Below are positions 31,702 through 41,239 of a DNA stretch of 64,000 nucleotides, piece by piece (positions within the stretch are counted from its first letter, which is position 1; the number at the start of each line of letters is the position of its first letter). The stretch lies in NCBI GenBank assembly GCA_964431835.1, contig CAYSKO010000006.1, positions 59,457 to 123,456 on the forward strand, given 5' to 3'. Source of the stretch: an uncultured Planctomycetia bacterium. GTDB taxonomy: Bacteria; Omnitrophota; Gorgyraeia; 2-02-FULL-51-18. The notes under the pieces are model-generated. The model searched no databases. It saw only the letters and a list, made by a program, of their open reading frames with translations, and was not told where the DNA came from. The translations under genes were made by a program, and so were the position numbers.

Positions 31702-32096
31702 AGAGCGCGAAGTGGACGGATCTCGGAATCCTTTTCTTGCGCGTCCTCACGGGCGCGGGCATGGTTTATCACGGGTATCCCAAGGTGTTCGGCGGCATGA
31801 TGCCGCGGATGATCGAGGGAGTCGCGGCGATGGGCTTTCCTATGCCCGCGCTTTTTGCTTGGGCGGCGGCTCTTTCCGAGTTCGTCGGAGGAATCCTCCT
31901 CGTCCTGGGTTTCGGAGCGCGGTACGCCGCTTTTTTTATCTTCTGCACGATGAGCGTGGCTTTCTTCGTCACACACCGGGCGGATGCGTTCCAAGTGAAG
32001 GAGCTCGCGCTCGTGTACTGGGTCATTTCTGTAGCGCTGATCCTGACCGGAGCCGGTAAATACTCGCTGGACGGAGTCGTTCGTAAGGCGGACTGA
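31698..32096 (+). CDS. DoxX family membrane protein
   Basis: LRVLTG..M..HG.PK, EFVGG.LL.LG...R, GAGKYSLD. Confidence 0.88.
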   Translation: MKSAKWTDLGILFLRVLTGAGMVYHGYPKVFGGMMPRMIEGVAAMGFPMPALFAWAAALSEFVGGILLVLGFGARYAAFFIFCTMSVAFFVTHRADAFQVKELALVYWVISVALILTGAGKYSLDGVVRKAD

Positions 32097-32211
32097 CTTT
32101 GGCCGTCTCTTCCAGCGCCAGGTTGAAGAAGAGCCCAGGTCCGAGCAAGACTAGTCGAAAGCGGCCTCCGGGTGTAGAATAGGGACACCCCAAAGACAAA
32201 AGGAGGCTCGT

Positions 32212-32703
32212 ATGCCAGCAGGTTCCACGTCCGTTCCCATCGACGTCGGTATTCCCGAAAACGACCGCAAGGCGATCGCCGAAGGTCTTTCCCGGTTTCT
32301 CGCGGACACCTATACGCTGTATCTCAAGACCCATAATTTCCACTGGAACGTGACGGGTCCGATGTTCCAGACCCTGCATCTCATGTTCGAGCAGCACTAC
32401 AACGAGCTTTGGACCGCGACCGACCTCATCGCCGAACGCATCCGCGCGCTGGGCGTCCTGGCACCGGCCACCTACGCGGAATTCTCGACCTTGAGCTCGA
32501 TCCAAGAGGAGAGGGGCCCGGTCAAGGCGGAGCAGATGATCCGCTCGCTCGTCTCCGGGCACGAATCCGTGATCCGCACCGCGCGCTCTATTTTCCCAGC
32601 CGCGGACAAGGCGCAGGATCAGGTCACGATGGATCTTCTCACGCAGCGCATGCAGATCCACGAGAAGACGGCCTGGATGTTGAGAAGTCTTCTCGAACAG
32701 TGA
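32212..32703 (+). CDS. dps: DNA starvation/stationary phase protection protein Dps
   Basis: [43 protein letters not shown]. Confidence 0.95.
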   Translation: MPAGSTSVPIDVGIPENDRKAIAEGLSRFLADTYTLYLKTHNFHWNVTGPMFQTLHLMFEQHYNELWTATDLIAERIRALGVLAPATYAEFSTLSSIQEERGPVKAEQMIRSLVSGHESVIRTARSIFPAADKAQDQVTMDLLTQRMQIHEKTAWMLRSLLEQ

Positions 32704-32720
32704 ACACCGTTCGGTATTCC

Positions 32721-34838
32721 ATGAAAGCGGCGGCAACGATCCTCTTTGCCGCCGCTTTTTCTTTTTCCGCCCATGCCGCTCCGGTGCGCGACGCCCACAC
32801 GGAGGTGGAGCTTGTCTCGTCTTCCGCATCGGCGTCGCCCGGAGCCGAGATCCGCGTGGCTGTGCATCTGCGTCCCGATCCGCGCTGGCACGTGTACTGG
32901 AAGAATCCGGGCGATTCCGGGCTTCCGCCGACGATCGATTGGCGCCTGCCCGAAGGCGCGACGATGGGTCCGGTCGAGTGGCCTTATCCCAGAAAGCTCA
33001 TCGTCAGCAACATCGTGAATTACGCATTCGAGGAGGATATTCTCCTCGTGGTTCCGGTTCGCGTGCCCGCCTCCGCGAAACCGGGCGCGACGCTCGAAAT
33101 CGGCGCTTCCGTGAGCTGGCTCGCCTGTGAAGTGGAATGCGTGCCGGGCAAAGCCGAACTCTCGCTCGCCCTCCCCGTAAAAGAAGGGACGCCCGAACCT
33201 GACCTCCGGTGGACGCCGGTGTTCGCCGCCGCGCGCTCAAAGCTTCCGATCGCCGGAGCCCCCTGGAGAGTGCGGGCGGCCTACGACGCTTCGCGCTACC
33301 GGCTCACGTTCACCCCCGAGGCGGGCGTGCCGGCGGAGCTTTCCGAAGCGTACTTTTTCCCTGACGACAACGAGCTCGTCGATCACGCCGAGCCGCAGAG
33401 CTTCGCCCGCGCCGGCGATTCCTGGACGCTCGACATGCCGCGCTCCTCGGTGACCGACCGCATTCCCTCGAAGCTCGAAGGCGTGCTTTTCTCTGAAACC
33501 GGATGGCGTGGCCCGGGCTCCGAAAAGGCGCTCGCGGTGAGCGTGCCGCTCGAAAAAACGACGTCCGCCGCCGCGCCCCCGGCTCCCGTTTCTCCGCTGG
33601 GGCTCTGGTCCGCCCTTCTTTTCGCGTTCGTGGGCGGTCTCATTCTGAACCTTATGCCCTGCGTTCTTCCGGTCCTCTCCCTCAAGATCTTCGCTTTCAT
33701 GAAGGAAGCGAGCGAGAACCCGCGAGCGCTTTTTGCCCACGGTCTGGCGTTCACCGCCGGCGTCGTGACGACCTTCTGGACGCTCGCGGGCGTGCTTTTG
33801 GCGATCAAGGCGGCGGGGCAGAAGGTAGGCTGGGGATTTCAGCTGCAGTCGCCGCAGTTCGTCATCGTCCTCGCGTTCGTTTTCTTCCTCTTCACGTTGA
33901 ATCTTTTCGGAACGTTTGAGATCGGCACGTCGCTGACGGGCGCCGGCGGCTCCCTGACGCGCCGCCGTGGCTTGGGCGGCGCATTCGCCAGCGGTGCATT
34001 CGCGACGGTGGTCGCCACACCCTGCACGGCTCCGTTCATGGGCACCGCGCTCGGCTTCACGCTCTCCCAGCCTCCGGTCGCTTCGTTCGCGGTGTTCACC
34101 GCGCTCGCCCTCGGCATGGCCGCGCCGTATCTGCTTCTCTGCTCCCAGCCCGCGCTTCTCAAATACGTGCCCAAACCCGGCGCCTGGATGGAAACGTTGA
34201 AGCAGGCGCTCGGATTTCCGCTCGCGGCCACGGTTATCTGGCTCGCGTGGGTGCTGGGTCTCCAGCGGGGCCTCGACGCTTCGATCGCGCTCGCCGCGGG
34301 TCTTCTCGTTTCCACGGTGGGCGCGTGGGCGTACGGACGCTGGGGGACCCCGATCGCTCCGGCCGCTCGCCGTCGTTTCGTGACCGCCGTGTTTATTCTC
34401 TCGATCGCCGGCGGCGTGGCGATCGCCTGGAAACTCCTGCCTTCCGAAGCACCTGCGGCCACGGGAGCCGGCGCTTCCGCGCACGGCATCTCCTGGGAGC
34501 CGTATTCGGACGAGCGCCTCGAGGCGCTGCTCACCGAAGGACGACCCGTTTTTCTCGATTTCACCGCCGCATGGTGCCTCACCTGCAAGGTGAACGAGCG
34601 GGTCGCGCTCGAGGTGCCCGCGGTCCAAAAGAAGTTCAAGGATTACGGCGTCGCGGCGCTAAAGGGCGATTGGACCAACCAGGACGAGGGCATCGCCCGC
34701 GCGCTCGCGCGTTACGGGCGCAACAGCGTCCCGCTCTACGTGCTGTACGTCCCCGGCGAGGCCGAACCGAGGGTCCTGCCGGAGATCCTGACTCCTTCGA
34801 TCGTGCTCGAGGCCCTCGACGCTCTCAAAAAGAAATGA
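32721..34838 (+). CDS. DsbD family protein-disulfide reductase
   Basis: WHVYWKNPGDSG, WLACEVECVP, LNLMPCVLP, ATPCTAPFMG, FTAAWCLTCK; start re-assigned to ATG 32721. Confidence 0.92.
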   Translation: MKAAATILFAAAFSFSAHAAPVRDAHTEVELVSSSASASPGAEIRVAVHLRPDPRWHVYWKNPGDSGLPPTIDWRLPEGATMGPVEWPYPRKLIVSNIVNYAFEEDILLVVPVRVPASAKPGATLEIGASVSWLACEVECVPGKAELSLALPVKEGTPEPDLRWTPVFAAARSKLPIAGAPWRVRAAYDASRYRLTFTPEAGVPAELSEAYFFPDDNELVDHAEPQSFARAGDSWTLDMPRSSVTDRIPSKLEGVLFSETGWRGPGSEKALAVSVPLEKTTSAAAPPAPVSPLGLWSALLFAFVGGLILNLMPCVLPVLSLKIFAFMKEASENPRALFAHGLAFTAGVVTTFWTLAGVLLAIKAAGQKVGWGFQLQSPQFVIVLAFVFFLFTLNLFGTFEIGTSLTGAGGSLTRRRGLGGAFASGAFATVVATPCTAPFMGTALGFTLSQPPVASFAVFTALALGMAAPYLLLCSQPALLKYVPKPGAWMETLKQALGFPLAATVIWLAWVLGLQRGLDASIALAAGLLVSTVGAWAYGRWGTPIAPAARRRFVTAVFILSIAGGVAIAWKLLPSEAPAATGAGASAHGISWEPYSDERLEALLTEGRPVFLDFTAAWCLTCKVNERVALEVPAVQKKFKDYGVAALKGDWTNQDEGIARALARYGRNSVPLYVLYVPGEAEPRVLPEILTPSIVLEALDALKKK

Positions 34839-34883
34839 AGCTCGGAGTATAATCGGTACGTTCAATCTCACTGGAGGCTCGCT

Positions 34884-35495
34884 ATGAAAAAGATTTTCGG
34901 AACACTTTTTTCGCTCGTCCTGGCTTTCTCGCTCGTTTCGCCCGTGTCCGCCGAACCGGAGGTCGGGAAGCCGGCGCCGGATTTCACGCTGACCGACGTC
35001 GAAGGCAAGACGCATTCGCTGTCGCAGTTCAAAGGCAAGTTCGTGGTGCTCGAGTGGGTGAACCACGGCTGCCCGTTCGTCGTGAAGCACTACGAAAGCG
35101 GCAACATGCAGAATCTGCAGAAGACTTACACCGGCAAGGACGTGACGTGGCTCAGTGTTTGCTCGTCCGCCCCCGGGAAGCAAGGACACCACACCGCCGA
35201 AGAGTGGAAGGGCCTTCTCAAGGAGAAGAATTCCTCCGCCACCGCGACGCTTCTCGACGCCGATGGCAAGGTCGGCAAGCTCTACGGCGCGAAGACCACG
35301 CCGCACATGTACGTCGTGGACCCCGCCGGGAACCTCGTGTACAAGGGCGCGATCGACAGCATCGCGAGCACCGAGACCTCCGACGTTCCGAAGGCGAAGA
35401 ATCACGTGTCGGCCGCGCTCGACGAAGCCCTGGCCGGGAAGCCCGTCACCGAGTCTTCGACGAAGCCCTACGGCTGCTCCGTCAAATACGCGTAA
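34884..35495 (+). CDS. exported thioredoxin-fold redoxin (AhpC/TSA-like)
   Basis: Signal peptide, APDFTL, VVLEW.N.GCPFV.KHY, YGAKTTPHMY, YGCSVKY. Confidence 0.88.
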   Translation: MKKIFGTLFSLVLAFSLVSPVSAEPEVGKPAPDFTLTDVEGKTHSLSQFKGKFVVLEWVNHGCPFVVKHYESGNMQNLQKTYTGKDVTWLSVCSSAPGKQGHHTAEEWKGLLKEKNSSATATLLDADGKVGKLYGAKTTPHMYVVDPAGNLVYKGAIDSIASTETSDVPKAKNHVSAALDEALAGKPVTESSTKPYGCSVKYA

Positions 35496-35600
35496 TTAAA
35501 AAACCGCCGGCCGGCCGCCTTTTTTTCAGAGGGCGTCCGGCCGTTTTTTTGAACGAATCCCAAGACCGCCGTCGTCTTGTCGGATAAAGGAATCGCCAAG

Positions 35601-37424
35601 ATGACCCCAACGACTCCCGAACTCACCGCGGCGCTCAAGCGCTTCTTCGGCTACGAGACGTTCCGGCCGCTCCAGCGCGAAATCATCGAAGATTCGCTGA
35701 TGGGGCGGGACACGCTCGCGATCCTTCCGACGGGAGCCGGCAAATCCCTCTGCTATCAACTTCAGGCGATGCTCCGGCCGGGCCTCACCGTCGTCGTGTC
35801 GCCGCTCATCGCGCTCATGAAAGACCAGGTGGACGCGATGGAGGCGGCCGGCATTCCCGCGACTTGCCTCAATTCGTCGCTCGAGGCCGACGACGCCCGC
35901 GAGCGCCTGCGTGGAATCGAAGAAGGTGGCATCAAGCTTCTGTACGCGGCACCCGAGCGCATCATGCTTCCTGGGTTCCTCGATTCGCTCCGGCGATGGA
36001 ACGTTTCACTGGTGGCTGTCGACGAAGCGCACTGCATCAGCGAGTGGGGACACGATTTCCGGCCCGAATACCGGCGCCTCGCCGAACTGCGCGATCTTTT
36101 GCCGGGCGTGCCGTTTCTGGCACTCACCGCCACCGCGACCGAGCGTGTACGCGAGGACATCGTGCGCCAGCTGCGGTTTTCGGGCGCGTCCGTCCATCTG
36201 GCGAGCTTCAACCGCCCTAATCTTACCTACCGCGTCGTCGCCAAGCATAAGCCTTACGACCAGCTCATCGAGTACGTCTCGAAAAACCCGTCCGAGAGCG
36301 GAATCGTCTACTGCCATAGCAGGAAAACCGTCGAAAGCGTCGCAGAGCGGTTGAACGAGGACGGCGTGCGCGCCGTTCCGTACCACGCGGGGCTCGACGC
36401 GGCCGTGCGCGACCGCAATCAGGAAAAGTTCCTCCGCGACGACGCGCGCGTGGTGACGGCCACAATCGCATTCGGCATGGGCATCCACAAGTCGAACGTG
36501 CGGTTCGTCGCGCACTACGACCTCCCGAAGAATGTGGAAGGCTACTATCAGGAAACAGGCCGTGCGGGCCGCGACGGCCTGCCCGCCGACTGCCTCCTCC
36601 TTTTCGGCGCGGGCGACGTCGTGAAGCACGCCCAGTTCATCGACGAAAAAGGGGACCTGCGCGAGCGTGAGGTGGCTCGCCGCCAGCTTCAGCAGGTCGT
36701 CCATTACGCCGAAAGCTCGACGTGCCGCCGCGTCGAGCTTTTGCGCTATTTCGGGGAGACGTACGACCGCGTTCCCTGCGGGGCCTGCGACAACTGCCTT
36801 ACGCCCAAAGAGACCTTCGACGGCACCGTCTCGGCTCAGAAGCTTCTGTCCTGCGTTGTCCGCATCCGCGAAAAAAACGGTTTTGGGGTGGGTCTAGCGC
36901 ACGTCACCGAGGTGCTGACGGGCGCCGACACGGAAAAGATCCGCAAGTGGGGCCACGAGGGGCTTTCCACGTACGGTATCGGCAAGGAACACACTCGCCC
37001 GGAGTGGTCCTCGATCGGCCGGGAACTCGTCCGGATGGGTTTTTTGCGGCAGACCGAGGGCAAATTTAGCGTCCTCGAACTCACCGAAGCGGGCCGCGTC
37101 GCTTTGAAAGAAAGACGGTCGATCACGCTCTCACGGCCCGTAGGGAAGCCCGCCGCGGCGCCCCGGCCCGCGCGCCGAGGGGAAATCGTCTGCGACGAAG
37201 CGCTCTTCGAAAAGCTGCGGCGCCTGCGGAAACGCCTGGCCGACGAGAAAAACGTGCCCGCCTACATCGTTTTCTCGGACGCCTCGCTCCGCATCATGGC
37301 GCGCGACCTGCCCGGTGACGAGATGGAGTTTGCCCGCATTGGCGGGGTGGGCGCAAAGAAATTGGAAGAGTTCGGCGGCGCGTTTCTCGCGGAAATCGCC
37401 GAATACCGGAACGGCGTCCGGTGA
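35601..37424 (+). CDS. recQ: DNA helicase RecQ
   Basis: FGYETFRPLQ, PTGAGKSLCYQ, DEAHCISEWGHDFRPEY, RQC Cys residues, HRDC domain. Confidence 0.95.
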   Translation: MTPTTPELTAALKRFFGYETFRPLQREIIEDSLMGRDTLAILPTGAGKSLCYQLQAMLRPGLTVVVSPLIALMKDQVDAMEAAGIPATCLNSSLEADDARERLRGIEEGGIKLLYAAPERIMLPGFLDSLRRWNVSLVAVDEAHCISEWGHDFRPEYRRLAELRDLLPGVPFLALTATATERVREDIVRQLRFSGASVHLASFNRPNLTYRVVAKHKPYDQLIEYVSKNPSESGIVYCHSRKTVESVAERLNEDGVRAVPYHAGLDAAVRDRNQEKFLRDDARVVTATIAFGMGIHKSNVRFVAHYDLPKNVEGYYQETGRAGRDGLPADCLLLFGAGDVVKHAQFIDEKGDLREREVARRQLQQVVHYAESSTCRRVELLRYFGETYDRVPCGACDNCLTPKETFDGTVSAQKLLSCVVRIREKNGFGVGLAHVTEVLTGADTEKIRKWGHEGLSTYGIGKEHTRPEWSSIGRELVRMGFLRQTEGKFSVLELTEAGRVALKERRSITLSRPVGKPAAAPRPARRGEIVCDEALFEKLRRLRKRLADEKNVPAYIVFSDASLRIMARDLPGDEMEFARIGGVGAKKLEEFGGAFLAEIAEYRNGVR

Positions 37425-38521
37425 AGCACGTTCTTTTTCTTTGGGCGCTCGCTTTTTTTTGCGGCGTTTCCGCACACGCCGAGGAAGGCAAGGCGCTTTT
37501 CGTCTCGGTGATCCAGGAGCCTCCGGTCCTCGAGAGCCGCAAGGACATCCGCCGCCTCGTCGCATTCGCCGAAGAAACGAACGTGAAAACGCTTTTCGTC
37601 CAGATCTACCGCGAGAATAAAGCCTGGTTTCCCTCCGCCGTCGCCGACGCTTCGCCCTACGAGGCCGCGAAGGCCGCCGTCGAGGAAGATCCCTTCGCAC
37701 GGCTCGTGCGCGAGGCGCACGCGAAGGGGATCGAGGTCCACGCCTGGATCAACCTTCTTAGTCTGAGTCAGAACGAAAACGCCCCGCTTCTCCGAGAGCA
37801 CGGTCCGGCCATCCTTACCCGGAACGCCGAGCCGAAAAAGACGCTCGCCGATTACCGCATCGACGACCAGTATTTCCTCGAGCCGGGCGACCCGCGAGTC
37901 CGAGAGACGCTGCTTGAGATCGTGGGGGAGATCGCCCACGCCTATCCCGAAATGGACGGACTCCAGTTCGACTACGTGCGCTACCCCGATTGGAAGCCCG
38001 CGTACGGACGCACGGAAGCCAACGAGTTCCGTTTCCGGCAGGCGACAGGCGTTCAGACCATCGACGAGCAGGATCCGCTTTGGCGGGAATGGAAACGCGA
38101 TCAGGTGACGAGTCTCGTCCGCGTGCTCCGCGCTCACGCACTCGAAATCAATCCGCGGCTCCGGGTGTCCACGACCGGACTCGTGCCTTATTCGCGCGCG
38201 CGGGAAGAGGCTTTCCAGGATTGGGCACTCTGGGTGGAGGAAGGACTCGCGGACTTCGTGACTCTCATGGCTTACAATATTTCCACGCCCCGCTTCGAAG
38301 AGATGATCCGCGACGCCGAACGGCGGATCGGAAGCCTATCGAAGGTCCACGTGGCGGTCGGCGCTTACACGGCGCTCAAAAACCCCGCGGTGTTCGAAGA
38401 GCAGTTCCGGCTCGCCGAGCGTTCGGGGGCCAGGGCCCCCGTGGTTTTCCATTACGGTAGCCTTCTCGAGAACCCGGCGCTCGTCGAGCCTCTCCGTGAG
38501 ACAAAGAAGCGCACGACCTGA
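37421..38521 (+). CDS. exported GHL10/UPF0748 (YddW/DigH-like) glycoside hydrolase
   Basis: Signal peptide, DPF..LV.EAH.KGIEVHAWI, FL.PG.P.VR, DGLQFDYVRY, QDW..W. Confidence 0.82.
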   Translation: MKHVLFLWALAFFCGVSAHAEEGKALFVSVIQEPPVLESRKDIRRLVAFAEETNVKTLFVQIYRENKAWFPSAVADASPYEAAKAAVEEDPFARLVREAHAKGIEVHAWINLLSLSQNENAPLLREHGPAILTRNAEPKKTLADYRIDDQYFLEPGDPRVRETLLEIVGEIAHAYPEMDGLQFDYVRYPDWKPAYGRTEANEFRFRQATGVQTIDEQDPLWREWKRDQVTSLVRVLRAHALEINPRLRVSTTGLVPYSRAREEAFQDWALWVEEGLADFVTLMAYNISTPRFEEMIRDAERRIGSLSKVHVAVGAYTALKNPAVFEEQFRLAERSGARAPVVFHYGSLLENPALVEPLRETKKRTT

Positions 38522-38567
38522 TACAATGATCCGATAAGCGACGTCTATTAAAACCAAGGAGAGACCG

Positions 38568-38905
38568 ATGAATACCATCATTCGTAAAGGGACCGCCCCG
38601 CGTTCGCGCTGGCGCTCGTCCTGACCTCCGTGCCCGCCTTCGCCGGAGAAGGCAAGGGAGAGATGTTCGAGAAGAAGCTTGAGAAAATGACCGAGAAGTT
38701 GTCGCTCACGGCCGACCAGCAGACGCAGATCCGCTCGATCCTCGAATCGAAGAAGAAGGAAATGGAAGACATGCGCCGCCGGACCGACGAGCAGATCCAC
38801 GCGGTCCTGACCGAAGAGCAGAAGAAGAAATACGAAGACATGAAGAAAGAATGGAAAGAAAAGAAGGCCGAGTGGAAAGAGAAGCAAAAAGAAGGCAAGA
38901 AATAG
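38568..38905 (+). pseudogene. Spy/CpxP-like small periplasmic protein with apparent 1-nt frameshift in the signal peptide
   Basis: AAGGAG SD and MNTIIRKGTA in one frame; AFALALVLTSVPAFA...LSLTADQ...VLTEEQ in the -1 frame, which is closed upstream by TAA 38585. Confidence 0.7.
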
Positions 38906-38951
38906 GCGCCTGACGCCGCCGCTTTGACAGACCGCATTTAAGGAGACTCCC

Positions 38952-39626
38952 ATGAAACGTTCCGCTTTTTTCGGCCTTTTCCTCGCAGCGCTTTGCGTCG
39001 CCGTCGACGCGAACGCCGCCACCACCAACTTCGGCCCCCGTTCAAAAAAAACCGTCGAGACCCGCGACGAGCGAAAGTCCGCCGAACCCCGGCAATCCGC
39101 CTCGGCGACGATTCCCGTCACCGTGGTCGCCGAACCGGCACCCGCTCCAGTTTTTACCGGCAATCCGAAAGTCCGTATCGAAACGACCGCCGGAACGATC
39201 GAAGCTGAGCTTTTCGCCAAAGAAGTGCCGAAGACGGTCGAGAACTTCGTCACGCTCGCGAAGAAAGGTTTTTACGACGGCATCGTCTTCCACCGAGTGA
39301 TCCCGGGCTTCATGATTCAGACCGGCGATCCGACGGGCACCGGCACCGGCGACGCTGGTTATAAATTCGGGGACGAATTCTCGGCGTCTCTCAAGCACGA
39401 CGCCCCGGGCGTTCTCTCGATGGCGAATTCCGGACCGAACACCAACGGAAGCCAGTTCTTCATCACGGACGCTGCGACTCCCTGGCTCGACGGACGGCAC
39501 TCGGTGTTCGGCCGCGTCACCGGCGGACTCGACGTCGTGAAAAAGATCGCCACCGCCGAAAGAGACTCGAGCGACAAGCCGCGGACCGAGATTAAGATGA
39601 CGAAGGTGACGGTCACGGGCGCTTGA
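38952..39626 (+). CDS. exported cyclophilin-type peptidyl-prolyl isomerase
   Basis: Signal peptide; [54 protein letters not shown]. Confidence 0.93.
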   Translation: MKRSAFFGLFLAALCVAVDANAATTNFGPRSKKTVETRDERKSAEPRQSASATIPVTVVAEPAPAPVFTGNPKVRIETTAGTIEAELFAKEVPKTVENFVTLAKKGFYDGIVFHRVIPGFMIQTGDPTGTGTGDAGYKFGDEFSASLKHDAPGVLSMANSGPNTNGSQFFITDAATPWLDGRHSVFGRVTGGLDVVKKIATAERDSSDKPRTEIKMTKVTVTGA

Positions 39627-40651
39627 TCGCCGCCGAGTCCGCCGCCTCCGCGGCGGTCCCTCGGGAAGAAGCCGGTTCGCGCTGGATCCTAGGTCCCGCG
39701 CGCGACCGGCTCTTCTTCGTTTATTCACCCCTCCTTGCACTCGCACTGGGCGTCGCGGCGTCGCTCACGCCGCTCGCCGACGAGACGTTCTCTCTCTACG
39801 GCAGGTCCGAGTCCTGGGTCTCGCTCTTTTCGGGCGCGTTCACGATGGCGCATCTTTCGATCGTGTTCTTCCGCAGCCACGGGAACCCCGCGATTTTCAG
39901 CCTTTATCCGAAACGCTTTCTTCTGGCGCCGCCGCTTCTTTTGGGCGCGATGCTCGTTTCGAAATGGGCGCTCGTGACCGCGTTTGTCCTCGCCGTCTGG
40001 TGGGACGTGTATCACTCGGCGCTCCAGACGTTCGGTCTCGGCCGTTTGTACGACGCGAAAGCGGGGGCGGATTCCGAAGAAGCCCGCCGTCTCGACCGGG
40101 GCCTCAATCTCGTCCTCTATATTGGCCCGATCCTCGCCGGGGCAACCCTCATGGATCACGCGGCCCACTTCGACAAATTCGGCAATCTCGGCGCCGTGTT
40201 CCTCTCGGGCATTCCCGCCGCGCTCGACGCGCGCCGCGGACCGCTCTCGTTGGCCGCGCTCGGGGCGGGCGCCGCGTACGTGGCCTATTATCTTTGGCGC
40301 GTCCGCGCGCTCGTCCGGGCAGGTCTCCCGGTGCCGCGCGAAAAGACCGTGCTCTTCGCCTCCACCGCCGCCTGCTCGATCTACACGTGGGGATTCAACT
40401 CGTTCGGCCAGGCATTCTTCATCATGAATTTTTTCCACGCGCTCCAGTACTTCGCGCTCGTCTGGCACGCCGAGAAAACGCGCATCCGCTTCCTGCCGTT
40501 TCTTCTGGGCGCCGGTTTCGCCTACGGCGTATGGGCGAAACTGTGGGGCGAATCTTCGCACGCGGCGTTCGCCGTGCTTTTGACGGTGTCCCTGCTCCAC
40601 TTTTGGTATGATGGCTTCGTTTGGTCCGTGCGTAAAAAACAGATCGCTTAA
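39623..40651 (+). CDS. multi-pass membrane protein with His motifs
   Basis: [37 protein letters not shown]. Confidence 0.72.
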   Translation: MIAAESAASAAVPREEAGSRWILGPARDRLFFVYSPLLALALGVAASLTPLADETFSLYGRSESWVSLFSGAFTMAHLSIVFFRSHGNPAIFSLYPKRFLLAPPLLLGAMLVSKWALVTAFVLAVWWDVYHSALQTFGLGRLYDAKAGADSEEARRLDRGLNLVLYIGPILAGATLMDHAAHFDKFGNLGAVFLSGIPAALDARRGPLSLAALGAGAAYVAYYLWRVRALVRAGLPVPREKTVLFASTAACSIYTWGFNSFGQAFFIMNFFHALQYFALVWHAEKTRIRFLPFLLGAGFAYGVWAKLWGESSHAAFAVLLTVSLLHFWYDGFVWSVRKKQIA

Positions 40652-40668
40652 AATAAGGAGAACCGCGA

Positions 40669-41055
40669 ATGACCCGTCAAAACGTCTCGACAGGCGGCAA
40701 GTGGGAACCCCTCATCGGCTACTCGCGTGCGGTGAAGGCGGGAGAATACGTCCACGTTTCGGGCACGACCGCCTCCGGTCCCGACGGACTCGTGGGAAAA
40801 GGGGACGTCCATGCGCAGACCGTTCAGACGTTGAAAAACATCGAAGCCGCGCTCGAGAAGGCCGGCGCGAAGCTCTCAGACGTCGTCCGGACGCGGATTT
40901 TCATGACGGACATTTCCGAATGGGAGAAGTGCGGCAGGGCACACGGGGAATTCTTCGGCACGATCCGTCCGGCCACGACGATGGTCCAAGTCGCGAAGCT
41001 GATCGATTCCGAAATGCTAGTTGAAATCGAAGCAGACGCTTACGTCGGTCGCTGA
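40669..41055 (+). CDS. RidA/YjgF family protein
   Basis: [39 protein letters not shown]. Confidence 0.92.
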   Translation: MTRQNVSTGGKWEPLIGYSRAVKAGEYVHVSGTTASGPDGLVGKGDVHAQTVQTLKNIEAALEKAGAKLSDVVRTRIFMTDISEWEKCGRAHGEFFGTIRPATTMVQVAKLIDSEMLVEIEADAYVGR

Positions 41056-41239
41056 AACGGTTTTACTAACAAAATTGTATTAATAAGTCTATTAAAGACT
41101 ATCATTCATTATTAGCCTCTGTGCGTATTTGATAACCTATTGAAAAGACTGACATTGCAAGGTAGTCTTCTTATAGACGCAAGTTGAGGCCGATTCTTTT
41201 AAGCTCTAATTGAAGACTTTAAAAAAGGCGGAAAGTAAG

